A DNA stretch of 64,000 bases, taken from Candidatus Cryptobacteroides faecavium. GTDB taxonomy: Bacteria; Bacteroidota; Bacteroidia; Bacteroidales; UBA932. The position numbers and the translations under genes are program-made. Below, in pieces: positions 39,915 through 49,666 of the stretch (the stretch's first letter is position 1; every line of letters starts with the position of its first letter). Location of the stretch: positions 3,790 to 67,789 of the forward strand of contig JADIMB010000042.1 of the NCBI GenBank assembly GCA_017694995.1, in the 5' to 3' direction. The notes below the pieces were generated by a model, which was not told where the DNA came from, did no database searches, and saw nothing but the letters and a program-made list of their open reading frames with translations.

Positions 39915-42900
39915 TTACAGAGTTATCTGCACTCCGAACGAGAATTTCCTCATGAACGGATAAGTCCACCCTCTCGCCGTGTTGCCGGCCTCGGGATGAA
40001 GACCGTTCTCCAGATGGTCAAAACTGTAGAGGTCCTCGCCGCTGAAGAATACCGACAGCCTCTCCACATAGAACTTGCGGGTAAGCTCCCGAGGGAAGGT
40101 GTATGACAGAGTTATGTTCTTGATGTTCAGATAGGCGCCGTTGAGTTTGTATTTAGTCTGTTTCATACGGTTGGCCTTCGTGTTCCCTGTGGCCTTCTCA
40201 TATACTCTCGGGAAATACGCATCGGTCCTTTCCGGAGTCCAGTAGTCAAGCTGGGACTTGAAGATGGTGGCATCCGCATCTGCGAAAGGCCAGAACAGGT
40301 TGCTGTCATTCCACATGTCCCTCTGTCCGACACCCTGGAGGATGAAGGAGAAACTGATGCCTTTCCAGCTCAGGCCACCTGTGATACCGTACTGGTAATG
40401 GCGTGAGCGGTCACCTATGATCTTCTGGTCTCCGGGGTTGCCGAGAGTGTTGTCTCCGCTGTTTATAAGTCCGTCATTGTTGAAATCCTTGTAAAGGACA
40501 TCGCCCGGATTAGGCGTATATCCCTCCACTACAGGTATTCCCGGAAGGAGGTTCCCGTCAGCGTCGAAATCGGCTTCAGTGTAGTACCTGTCTGTGACAT
40601 ACCCCCACTGCTCGTTGATATTCTGGCCCACATAGTATTCGCTCAGGAGACCGATCTCGTTGTTGATCTTGGTGATGTAGGTATTCCTGTCCGAGAGGGT
40701 GAAGCCGATGTTGTAGTTCACCTCCCCTATGTGGTCTCTCCAGTTCACCTGGAGTCCCCATCCTTTTGTCCTGAGGTTGGCCACGTTCTCCAGAGGGGCG
40801 GCGGCGCCAAGTACCGCAGGCAGCTCGACACCTTCGGCAAGCATGCCCTTGGTATCACGCTGATACCAGTCGAATATGGCGCTGAACCTGTTGTCGAACA
40901 TGTTCAGGTCCACTCCGAAGTTGAGAGTCTGGACCCGTTCCCAGGTAAAGTCCGCGCTCACAAGTGCAGGAGCACCTACAGTATATGTAGGCTTGTCTCC
41001 GGCTATCCACCCGGACTTGCCGGCAGCCATCTCGGGGATATATGCATACGCCTCTATGTTCTGGTTGCCGATATTTCCCCATGATGCCCTGAGTGTCAGG
41101 TTGTCCAGCACAGGGTCACTCCATTTCATGAAGTTCTCGCGTGAAAGGCGCCATCCTGCGGAGAAGGAAGGGAAGAAGCCGAAACGGGAATTCTTCGGGA
41201 ACTTGGACGAGCCGTCGTACCTTCCGCTTGCCGTGAGCATGTATTTCTCATCGTATGTATAGTTCAGACGGTAGAATCCGCTCCTGATGGAGTATTCGGA
41301 AAAACTGTCTGCAGCATGGTCTTCGCCGACTCCGCCGGATATGGAAGGAAGGTCCTGGTTGATCATGTTCGCCTTGTCCATAGAACGGGTGGATGACCAG
41401 TACCTTTCCTGAGAGAAACCCACCATAGCCTTGAAATAGTGCTTCTTCACCTCCAGGGTGTAGTCGCCGTATATGTTGAGGTTGTTCCTGGTGTTTCTTG
41501 TGTTGGAATAGGTATATTTCGAGTTCTCGGGAGTCGTGGACGCCTCGAGCGCATAATCCTGTCCTCTGGCGAACTCAAATACCGGGTTGAACGACTCGGC
41601 CTCTTTGGCGCTGATGTCGTAAGTGTATTCACCGACAATGTTGAAATTCTTGAACGGCTTGATAGTGACACGTCCGGTTACGCGGGTATTTTCTGTCGTA
41701 TTGGTCGAAGGATAAGACAACTGTGCGAAATTATAAGGGGTGTTGTACGGATAGGATTCCCCGTCCAGGTCCATATAGCCGGTAGGATGGTAACTCGGGA
41801 ACCAGATGGCTGTGTTGAAGATCCTGGTGTCCCCGAGAGTTGACTGGTCCGCCTTGGCGAATTTGATATCCAGTTCCGGCACCAGCCACTTCAAGGCATC
41901 GGAACGGATGTATGACGAGACATTGTACCTGTCATACGAATCCTTGTCCGTCACCACTACGCCGTTCTCGTTCAGGTATCCGAAGCCTATACGGTAGGAC
42001 ACCTTGTCCGAGCCTCCCTGTGCCGAGATATTGTGCGTCTGCTGGAATCCGAACTTGTCCATCATCCCGCGGATCAGGTCGGTCTCGCGCAAATCATATC
42101 TCCTTCCGGTATCGTCCGTAGCATATCCGTCAGGATAGAGCGACGGGTTGGTCCTGTACTCATTCAGGTAATTCAGCCATGTGTCGATATTCTGGCCATA
42201 ATTCGGATGGTTCGTCCATCCCAGGTCCTTATATGCCATTACTGTCTCCAGAGGGGAAGCCTTCTGCGGAAGATCCCACGGTGTGGAGAAAGAGAAGTTG
42301 TTGGAATAGTTCACGGTGAATCTGCCCTGTGATCCTTTCTTGGTGGTAATGAGGATTACGCCGAATGCAGCCCTGGCACCGTAGATGGCTGCGGAAGACG
42401 CGTCCTTCAGGACCGTCACGCTTTCCACATCCTCCGGATTGAGAAGGCTCATGTCAGCCGGTACGTTGTCCACCAGGATAAGCGGTGAACTGTCACCGTT
42501 GATAGTACCAGTGGCGCCGCGCACCGAGATGGTGTAGCCGTCACCCGGAGTTCCGGAAGATCTGGTGATCTGCAGGTCGGGGATCTGCCCCATGAGGGCG
42601 TCCTGCACGCTTGTCACAGGGCGCGACCCGAGGATGTCATCCATCTTCACTGAAGACACGGCACCGGTAAGGTCCGCCTTGCGCTGGGTACCGTAGCCGA
42701 CAACCACGACTTCATCAAGAAGCTCCTTGTCCTCCTCGAGAGTGATGTCGAGAGGATTTCCGTCCCACGTCACCTCCACAGTCTTGTAGCCGATGGACTG
42801 GATGAGAATGATGTCGCCGGTTTCCACGCCTGAGAGGCTGAATTTTCCGTCCAGATCAGTAGAGACGCCGTTGACAGTCCCCTTGACAGAGACCGCCACT

Positions 42901-43073
42901 CCGGCGAGAGGAGCTCCGGAAATGTCCTTCACGACTCCCGGACAAACGCTTGACTGCTCTGCCATGGAGGCAGCTGAAGATGAGGTTACCCCCCCCTGTG
43001 CAGTTAAAGACAAAGCAGGTAGCAGAGCCAACAAGGCCATGATCCTGCCGATTCCGATTTTTTTAAAGAGCAT
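39915..43073 (-). CDS. SusC/RagA family TonB-dependent transporter
   Basis: LDEVVVVGYGTQRK, LKDASSAAIYGARAAFGVILITTKKG, RYDGSSKF, C-terminal FGVQITL. Confidence 0.97.
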   Translation of the reverse strand: MLFKKIGIGRIMALLALLPALSLTAQGGVTSSSAASMAEQSSVCPGVVKDISGAPLAGVAVSVKGTVNGVSTDLDGKFSLSGVETGDIILIQSIGYKTVEVTWDGNPLDITLEEDKELLDEVVVVGYGTQRKADLTGAVSSVKMDDILGSRPVTSVQDALMGQIPDLQITRSSGTPGDGYTISVRGATGTINGDSSPLILVDNVPADMSLLNPEDVESVTVLKDASSAAIYGARAAFGVILITTKKGSQGRFTVNYSNNFSFSTPWDLPQKASPLETVMAYKDLGWTNHPNYGQNIDTWLNYLNEYRTNPSLYPDGYATDDTGRRYDLRETDLIRGMMDKFGFQQTHNISAQGGSDKVSYRIGFGYLNENGVVVTDKDSYDRYNVSSYIRSDALKWLVPELDIKFAKADQSTLGDTRIFNTAIWFPSYHPTGYMDLDGESYPYNTPYNFAQLSYPSTNTTENTRVTGRVTIKPFKNFNIVGEYTYDISAKEAESFNPVFEFARGQDYALEASTTPENSKYTYSNTRNTRNNLNIYGDYTLEVKKHYFKAMVGFSQERYWSSTRSMDKANMINQDLPSISGGVGEDHAADSFSEYSIRSGFYRLNYTYDEKYMLTASGRYDGSSKFPKNSRFGFFPSFSAGWRLSRENFMKWSDPVLDNLTLRASWGNIGNQNIEAYAYIPEMAAGKSGWIAGDKPTYTVGAPALVSADFTWERVQTLNFGVDLNMFDNRFSAIFDWYQRDTKGMLAEGVELPAVLGAAAPLENVANLRTKGWGLQVNWRDHIGEVNYNIGFTLSDRNTYITKINNEIGLLSEYYVGQNINEQWGYVTDRYYTEADFDADGNLLPGIPVVEGYTPNPGDVLYKDFNNDGLINSGDNTLGNPGDQKIIGDRSRHYQYGITGGLSWKGISFSFILQGVGQRDMWNDSNLFWPFADADATIFKSQLDYWTPERTDAYFPRVYEKATGNTKANRMKQTKYKLNGAYLNIKNITLSYTFPRELTRKFYVERLSVFFSGEDLYSFDHLENGLHPEAGNTARGWTYPFMRKFSFGVQITL

Positions 43074-43154
43074 AGTTATTAAATTAGGTGGTTAATATGT
43101 GCAAAACCGGCAAATTAAAAGAGATCCCTCAAACCTCTGTGTACGTACACACCC

Positions 43155-43162
43155 CAAAGATA
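43155..43162 (-). promoter_or_regulatory. -7 element (TATCTTTG) of the SusC operon
   Basis: TAnnTTTG match about 80 nt upstream of the start codon. Confidence 0.6.
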
Positions 43163-43323
43163 GGTAAATTTCCGTAGAATCCTCAGGTTTATGGAAAAAA
43201 TCAGCAAATTCCCTTAAACAGCTGGAAACTGAAGCAATTTCAGTTTCAATTTCAAGGGAATATACGATTGTTTCATCAAAAATATATTATTTTTGTGCCG
43301 CAATCAATTCCAATATTATAATA

Positions 43324-44172
43324 ATGGTCTCTATCGATGAACTGAAAAGAATCTCCTCGCAGGTAAGAAGGGACATCATCAGGATGGTGACTGGAGCGAA
43401 ATCCGGACATCCAGGTGGATCCATGAGCAGCACAGACTTCCTGACTGCCCTGTATTTCGGAGGAGTGATGAAGCATGACCCTGCCACCTGGACCCGGAGC
43501 GGGAAAGGCCAGGATGTATTTATTCTCTCAGCAGGCCACCTTTCGCCTGTATACTACTCTCTGCTTGCCAGATCCGGATATTTCCCGGTGGAAGAGCTCG
43601 GGACATTCAGGAAATTCGGGACCAGACTCCAGGGGCATCCTTCGATAGACACGGGACTTCCGGGGATATACCAGCCTTCCGGCTCGCTCGGACAGGGGCT
43701 TTCGGCAGCTGCCGGGGTCGCACTGGCCAAGAGGCTTGACAACGACGGGAACCTCACCTACGTGCTTCTTGGAGACGGAGAGTGCGAAGAAGGACAGATC
43801 TGGGAAGCCGCAATGTTCTGCGCCCACCAGAAACTGGACAACCTCATCGCCATCACGGACTGGAACATGCAGCAGATCGACGGCAATGTCGACACTGTGG
43901 CTGGACTTGGGGACCTTGAAGCGAAATGGAAGGCATTCGGATGGGAGGTGCTCTCATGCGACGGCCATGACTTCAGGAGCATCCTTGACACATTTGCCGG
44001 GGCGAAATCCATGACAGGAAAAGGGAAACCGGTCATGATCCTGATGCACAGCGTGATGGGACAGGGCGTCGACTTCATGGAAGGCACCAATGAATGGCAC
44101 GGCAAGGCACCTTCTGCAGAGCTCGCCGAAAAAGCGCTGTCGCAGCTTGAAGAGACCCTCGGGGACTATTGA
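43324..44172 (+). CDS. Transketolase, N-terminal subunit
   Basis: SGHPGGS, LSAGH, LQGHP, GSLGQG, GDGECEEGQIWE, WHGKAP. Confidence 0.95.
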   Translation: MVSIDELKRISSQVRRDIIRMVTGAKSGHPGGSMSSTDFLTALYFGGVMKHDPATWTRSGKGQDVFILSAGHLSPVYYSLLARSGYFPVEELGTFRKFGTRLQGHPSIDTGLPGIYQPSGSLGQGLSAAAGVALAKRLDNDGNLTYVLLGDGECEEGQIWEAAMFCAHQKLDNLIAITDWNMQQIDGNVDTVAGLGDLEAKWKAFGWEVLSCDGHDFRSILDTFAGAKSMTGKGKPVMILMHSVMGQGVDFMEGTNEWHGKAPSAELAEKALSQLEETLGDY

Positions 44173-44198
44173 TTCCACAATCCAAAAGAGACATCGAC

Positions 44199-45152
44199 AT
44201 GAAAAGATATACAGACACAGGCAAGAAAGACACCCGCAGCGGCTTCGGGGAAGGGCTGTATGAGGCTGCCATGAAGAACCCTGACATAATCGCCATGGCA
44301 GCGGACCTGGCCAGCTCCGTAAAGATGGACAAGTTCTTCAAGGCTTTCCCGGACAGGTTCTTCCAGTGCGGCATAGCAGAGGCCAACATGATCGGGGTGG
44401 CTGCAGGTATGGCAGTCACAGGCAAGACAGTGTTCGCAGGCTCGTTTGCAGAGTTCGTGACAGGACGTGTCTACGACCAGATACGGCAGGAAGTGGCATA
44501 CGGGCAGACCAATGTCAAGATAGCCGCCTCCCACGCAGGCATCACACTTGGAGAGGACGGCGCCACCCACCAGACCATGGAGGACATCACCCTGATGCGC
44601 GCCCTCCCGGGTATGGTGGTCATCAACCCGTGCGACTTCAACCAGACCAAGGCGGCCACCATCGCAGCGGCTGAATACACAGGGCCGGTATATCTGAGGT
44701 TCGGGCGCCCGGCCGTGCCAAACTTCACAGACCCCGACCGTAAGTTCGAGATAGGCAAGGCCATCGTCATGAACGAAGGCTCGGATGTCACTGTCATCGC
44801 CACCGGGCATCTGGTATGGGAAGCGGTGAAGGCGGCGGAGATACTCGAGGCGGAAGGCATTTCGGCAGAGGTGATCGACATCGCCACCATCAAGCCTATA
44901 GACAGGGACGCAATAGTGGCTTCGGCCTCCAAGACACGTGCGGTGGTATGCGCGGAAGAGCACAACATGGCAGGAGGACTGGGTGAACTCATAGCAGGCG
45001 TGCTTGCCGAAGACTGCCCTACCCGCATGGAGTTCATCAACGGGAAGGACCGTTTCGGGCAGAGCGGCACCCCTTCAGAGCTGATGGCGGCATACGGACT
45101 TGACGCACAGCATATCGCCGAGGCTGCCAGAAGAGCCATAAGCAAAAAATAG
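44199..45152 (+). CDS. Transketolase, C-terminal subunit
   Basis: GIAEANM, GEDGATHQ, GPVYLRFGR, AEEH; start placed at ATG 44199. Confidence 0.95.
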   Translation: MKRYTDTGKKDTRSGFGEGLYEAAMKNPDIIAMAADLASSVKMDKFFKAFPDRFFQCGIAEANMIGVAAGMAVTGKTVFAGSFAEFVTGRVYDQIRQEVAYGQTNVKIAASHAGITLGEDGATHQTMEDITLMRALPGMVVINPCDFNQTKAATIAAAEYTGPVYLRFGRPAVPNFTDPDRKFEIGKAIVMNEGSDVTVIATGHLVWEAVKAAEILEAEGISAEVIDIATIKPIDRDAIVASASKTRAVVCAEEHNMAGGLGELIAGVLAEDCPTRMEFINGKDRFGQSGTPSELMAAYGLDAQHIAEAARRAISKK

Positions 45153-45164
45153 AGTCTGTCTGCA

Positions 45165-45704
45165 ATGACTGGCGGAGAGATAATGCGGCTATACCGCAGC
45201 GGTGCGGAAGAGAAGGCGTTCAGAATCATCGTAAGCACATATAAAGAACGGCTCTACTGGCACATCCGCCGGTTCACATGCTCGCATGAGGACACAGACG
45301 ATCTCCTGCAGGACACATTCGCGAAGATATGGGCTGCGCTTCCTTCCTTCAGGGAGGATGCGCAGTTTTTCACATGGATATACCGCATAGCCACCAACGA
45401 GGCGCTCAACTACTTGAGAAAGAAAAAATTCCGGGCAATGGTATCTTTCGAGGACATCCGCAGCGAAATGGAGAAAAGGATAGACTCCGACCCTTATTTC
45501 AACGGGGACGCAATCCAGAAGCAGCTGCACAAGGCCATACTGAAACTGCCCGCGAAACAGAGACTTGTATTCACCCTGCGGTATTTTGACGAAATGAAAT
45601 ACGAAGACATATCCCGCATTGCAGGAAGCTCCCCCGGCTCACTCAAGGCTTCCTACCACCATGCTTACAACAAAATCAGGGAGGAACTTGAAAAAATTTT
45701 TTAA
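45165..45704 (+). CDS. ECF RNA polymerase sigma-70 factor
   Basis: DDLLQDTF, FTWIYRIATN, LPAKQRLVFTLRYFDEMKYEDIS, LKASYHHA. Confidence 0.93.
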   Translation: MTGGEIMRLYRSGAEEKAFRIIVSTYKERLYWHIRRFTCSHEDTDDLLQDTFAKIWAALPSFREDAQFFTWIYRIATNEALNYLRKKKFRAMVSFEDIRSEMEKRIDSDPYFNGDAIQKQLHKAILKLPAKQRLVFTLRYFDEMKYEDISRIAGSSPGSLKASYHHAYNKIREELEKIF

Positions 45705-45751
45705 CCTTTAGACCTGAGTAGTGTCTAATCAAGAAGTTGTTACTGAAGATT

Positions 45752-46174
45752 ATGGACATCCTGGATTCAAATAAGCACCTTAAGGACATTCCGTTCGGGA
45801 TTCCAGACGGATATTTTGACAATCTTGAAGAGAATGTCATGTCCCGTGCAGTGTCCGCCCGGACATCCGGACGCAGGGCAGAAATCCGGCATATCGTCAT
45901 GCGTGTATCAGCCGCCGCTGCCTTAGCTGCAGCCATTGTGCTCGGCTCCATTTCTGTACCGAGGCATATCAGAAGCGAAAAGGACAAGGAACAGATGGAG
46001 AATGACAGTTTCTTCTACACAGAGCTGATGCCTGTCTCCGGGACCGCCGATGTGCTGTACGGATCAGACAACAGCTATATAGCCGACACAGACCTTTCCG
46101 ACGAAGACATAATTGATTATCTCATATATTCAGGGATACCTGTAGAACTGTTAAACGAATCTGACTATGAATAA
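45752..46174 (+). CDS. Putative anti-sigma factor (single TM)
   Basis: PFGIPDGYFD motif plus one TM helix, directly after the ECF sigma. Confidence 0.6.
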   Translation: MDILDSNKHLKDIPFGIPDGYFDNLEENVMSRAVSARTSGRRAEIRHIVMRVSAAAALAAAIVLGSISVPRHIRSEKDKEQMENDSFFYTELMPVSGTADVLYGSDNSYIADTDLSDEDIIDYLIYSGIPVELLNESDYE

Positions 46175-46628
46175 TTTAGGTAAATTCATACTGCTCATTG
46201 CCGTGCTGTCCTCCACAGCGGCTTTTTCCGCCGGGGCCCAGGACAGGAAAGACGGGCAGAGCTGGAGAGAAAAGATAATGAGCGAGAAAATAGCCTTCAT
46301 AACCAACGCGGTAGGGCTAACTCCCGAAGAGGCCCAGACATTCTGGCCGGTATACAACCAGCTCTGGGAGGAAAGGGGCGAGGCGCAGTTCGCCGTGATG
46401 AAGGCGTACAAGGCCCTTGCAGAAGCGGTGGACGGGAACAGGACAAAAGAAGTGCCTAGCCTGCTGGACACCTACCTCAGCGCGATAAAGGCGAAGGACA
46501 GGCTGGACAATTCCTGCGCTGAAAAATACAGGAAAGTGCTCCCGGACGAAAAGGTGGCGAAACTTTATGTGGCAGAAGAACGTTTCCGCAGGCAGCAGAT
46601 ACACAAGCTGCACCACGGCGGGAAATAA
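46167..46628 (+). CDS. Secreted helical protein (Spy/CpxP-like)
   Basis: Signal peptide; KIAFIT...LTPEEAQTFWPVYN motif. Confidence 0.65.
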   Translation: MNNLGKFILLIAVLSSTAAFSAGAQDRKDGQSWREKIMSEKIAFITNAVGLTPEEAQTFWPVYNQLWEERGEAQFAVMKAYKALAEAVDGNRTKEVPSLLDTYLSAIKAKDRLDNSCAEKYRKVLPDEKVAKLYVAEERFRRQQIHKLHHGGK

Positions 46629-46631
46629 AAC

Positions 46632-47387
46632 CTACAACCCGATATAAAAAGGCGAAGTAAGGTCGGTATACTCTCTGGTATACCGGCCTTCTTCCTGTAT
46701 GGTGAGGCAGGATTCATCGATGCAGGCAGGCCTTTCCCTGGAAAACTCCGCCACAATCCTTCGAGGCTGGCGGGAAGGTACAGTCCTGATCCTCACTATC
46801 CTGAACGGGAAGAGACCGCACATCCTGGCATAACGGCACAGCTCCGTCTCCGTCTCGGCAGGCAGTATTAGAGAACATCTGCCCCAGCGGTCCAGCCTTG
46901 CGGAGGAGAATTCCAGTATATCCCTGTATGACATGCTCTCCGAATGCCTGGCTTCCCTGCGGCGAGACTCCGGGGACCTGAGCTCGCTATCGAAATACGG
47001 CGGATTCGAAAATACAAGGTCGAACACGCCGTCACATGGCGCAGGATTCCCCTTCAAACTGGCATTCTCATGCCGGGCTGCATAATCCTCAAGGGAAATA
47101 TGCCGGGCCGTAAGGCTCCCGGCCCAGGGTGAACGCGCGAAATTCAAAGCAGCCTCCGATGCCGAAGGCTCATCTATGTCTATTGCATGAATGCACAGGC
47201 CCGGCACATCAGCCAGCCTCTGGGCCGCCATCAATGCCACAGTCCCTGTCCCTGTCCCTATATCAAGCAGGCGCCTGTCCTCCGGCCTGAGGGTCATCAG
47301 CGCCCCCAGAAGGACACCGTCAGTGTTGACCTTCATGGCCGACTTTTCGTTGACCACACTGAATTTCTTGAACTTGAACTCTCCCAT
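46632..47387 (-). CDS. trmN6: tRNA1(Val) A37 N6-methyltransferase
   Basis: FKFKKF, MKVNTDGVLLGA, LDIGTGTG, SNPPYF. Confidence 0.9.
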   Translation of the reverse strand: MGEFKFKKFSVVNEKSAMKVNTDGVLLGALMTLRPEDRRLLDIGTGTGTVALMAAQRLADVPGLCIHAIDIDEPSASEAALNFARSPWAGSLTARHISLEDYAARHENASLKGNPAPCDGVFDLVFSNPPYFDSELRSPESRRREARHSESMSYRDILEFSSARLDRWGRCSLILPAETETELCRYARMCGLFPFRIVRIRTVPSRQPRRIVAEFSRERPACIDESCLTIQEEGRYTREYTDLTSPFYIGL

Positions 47388-47399
47388 TTACACTGATGC

Positions 47400-48104
47400 C
47401 TATTCTGCCGTGACGTCCTTTGCCGCAAGGCCGGCAAGCCCGGATTCCTCCCTGCTTATGAACATGCCGTCTTTCATATACAGGGTCCTGTCGCACATCG
47501 TCGCCAGGGACGGGTCGTGCGTCACTATGACTATCGTCTGCCCGTATTTGTCCCTGAGTGCAAAGAAAAGCCTGTGGAGCTCCTCCTTGGTCCTGCTGTC
47601 CAGATTCCCGGAAGGCTCGTCGGCGAAAAGGACCGAAGGATTGTTTACCAGGGCCCTGGCTATCGCCACCCTCTGCTGCTCGCCGCCGGAGAGCTCGGAA
47701 GGCTTGTGGCCCGCGCGCTCTGCAAGCCCCAGGTCTGTGAGCAGGGACATGGCCGCAGCCCTGGACTCTTTCTCAGCGCGTCCCGCTATGAGAGCCGGTA
47801 TCATGACATTCTCCAGAGACGTGAACTCAGGAAGCAGATGATGGAACTGGAAGACAAAACCGATTTTCCTGTTCCTGAACTCCGCCATCTTCTTCTGGCC
47901 CAGGCCCATGACATCGGTCCCGTCAAGCGAAAGTGTGCCCCTGTCCGGAGTGGACAGTGTACCCAGTATCTGCAGCAATGTGGATTTTCCGGCCCCGGAA
48001 GCCCCCATTATTGAGATGACTTCTGATTTCTCCACATGGAGATCAATACCTTTCAGGACTTTAAGCTCCCCGAAAGACTTTTCTATTCCCGATGCTTCAA
48101 TCAT
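47400..48104 (-). CDS. lolD: ABC transporter ATP-binding protein, LolD-like
   Basis: [38 protein letters not shown]. Confidence 0.85.
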   Translation of the reverse strand: MIEASGIEKSFGELKVLKGIDLHVEKSEVISIMGASGAGKSTLLQILGTLSTPDRGTLSLDGTDVMGLGQKKMAEFRNRKIGFVFQFHHLLPEFTSLENVMIPALIAGRAEKESRAAAMSLLTDLGLAERAGHKPSELSGGEQQRVAIARALVNNPSVLFADEPSGNLDSRTKEELHRLFFALRDKYGQTIVIVTHDPSLATMCDRTLYMKDGMFISREESGLAGLAAKDVTAE

Positions 48105-48314
48105 TTTTCTGTCCGCTTTTTAAATGCCGCGGCTATACGCCATCCCCGTAAGCCAGGCCCGCCGCAGGCCCAAAGGTAGCATTTTCCGGCGTATGGGCCA
48201 AATCCGCAGGAGAATCTGCAAAAATATATTTGGTGTTCTTATTTTTACTATTTTTGGAAAGTCCTATTTGAAGTAAATGGGATTGTCAGTTAAATTTTTC
48301 ATCTGAATATTAAA

Positions 48315-48712
48315 ATGAAAAATTTTGCATTATTGTGTTCCATTGTATATTGTGGTATATTCTGCCATACACTATACTCTCAAAATATTACTGATTCCGC
48401 TATAACTGCAGTAAAAGACATGCAGGTAGATACGGTTGACAATGTAACAGTAAAAATAAAAAGATTAGACAACAATTATATATACGAAGCGGAATAAACG
48501 GATACATCATTATAACATTGACAAATGAAGGGAAAGTAATCAAGTATAGCCTTGGCTTTAAATTTAATTCTGATACCGAGCTGCAAATTTTCAGTACCAG
48601 AGACTGTATAGAAATTTTCCGGAATCTGAATGATTCTTTATTCAATCCATGGAATGAAGATATAGACAAGGTGTCAGGAACTATAGGGCTTCCGGCTGAA
48701 GACAATCCTTAA
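48315..48712 (+). pseudogene. AT-rich secreted hypothetical protein apparently split by a frameshift
   Basis: 60-aa ORF with signal peptide (48315-48497) overlapped by a second frame open from at least 48443 to 48712 that lacks a nearby ATG; A-rich run AAAAATAAAAAG in the overlap; own -7 box at 48249-48256. Confidence 0.45.
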
Positions 48713-48945
48713 GCTGTCTAAGTCCTTCATGAACTGCCAGCGGAGATGGAATACGGAATTCCCATCCTTTTGCAGGCAGACTTGGCGAGATTGACAGCCG
48801 TAAGCGGTGTGAAACATTAATTGGCTGTTTTTCCCTATATTTGGCCACTTCGTGTCCACATATACCGTTGCGCCTCGGCACAACAAATAAAATTTGTTCT
48901 GCACTCGGCTTCTGCGTATATTTGCAGGCGTACGATACAACCATT

Positions 48946-49635
48946 ATGCTGAAGATAAAGAATTTCTATTTCAACGACCTGCACGAGTGCTGCAGCGTGG
49001 CATGGGACGAGACCGGGGAATGTGTTATCATCGATCCCGGCTTCTACACGGACACAGAAAGGGACCAGCTGTCCGGCTTCATAAAGGACAAGGGGCTCAA
49101 GCCGGTGAAAATCCTGCTGACACATGCGCATTTCGACCATGTGTTCGGGCTCAAGGAATGTGCGCAGATGTACGGGATACCCGTATACATGGACCCGGCC
49201 GACAGGGAGACCCTGCAGAGCGCGGACTGGTACTGCAGGAATTTCGGGTTCAGGACCCCGCCCACGGATGTGGAGACGGAGGACATACATGACGGGGACA
49301 CGGTAAGCTTCGGGAAGACCACATTCGAAGTGCTTTCCACACCGGGCCACACCCCGGGAGGGGTCTGCTACCTCGACCGGACGGACAAGGTGCTTTTCAG
49401 CGGTGACACGCTTTTTGCAGGAAGCATAGGGCGCACGGACCATCCGCAGGGGGACTATGACAGACTGATGGAAGGGATATTCGGCAAGCTGGTCCCTCTG
49501 GACGGGGACATCACGGTGATACCGGGGCACGGCCCGCACACGACCATCACTGACGAAAGGACCAAGAACCCGTTCCTCCAGCCGTTCAACCTCCCTTATG
49601 AGGACGACGGGGACACCGGGGAGGACAAGGAATGA
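48946..49635 (+). CDS. MBL-fold metallo-hydrolase (glyoxalase II/YcbL-like)
   Basis: THAHFDH, TPGHTPG, FSGDTLF, PGHG; start placed at ATG 48946 after TATATTTG. Confidence 0.92.
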   Translation: MLKIKNFYFNDLHECCSVAWDETGECVIIDPGFYTDTERDQLSGFIKDKGLKPVKILLTHAHFDHVFGLKECAQMYGIPVYMDPADRETLQSADWYCRNFGFRTPPTDVETEDIHDGDTVSFGKTTFEVLSTPGHTPGGVCYLDRTDKVLFSGDTLFAGSIGRTDHPQGDYDRLMEGIFGKLVPLDGDITVIPGHGPHTTITDERTKNPFLQPFNLPYEDDGDTGEDKE

Positions 49636-49666
49636 GGTCCCCACACGGGATGACAACTTTATCCAT

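Noticed and set aside
43324-45152. Split transketolase as a pseudogene
   Set aside because: Two-subunit transketolase is normal in Bacteroidota; both halves are intact
44166-45238. Two ~260-aa minus-strand ORFs
   Set aside because: Antisense shadows of transketolase
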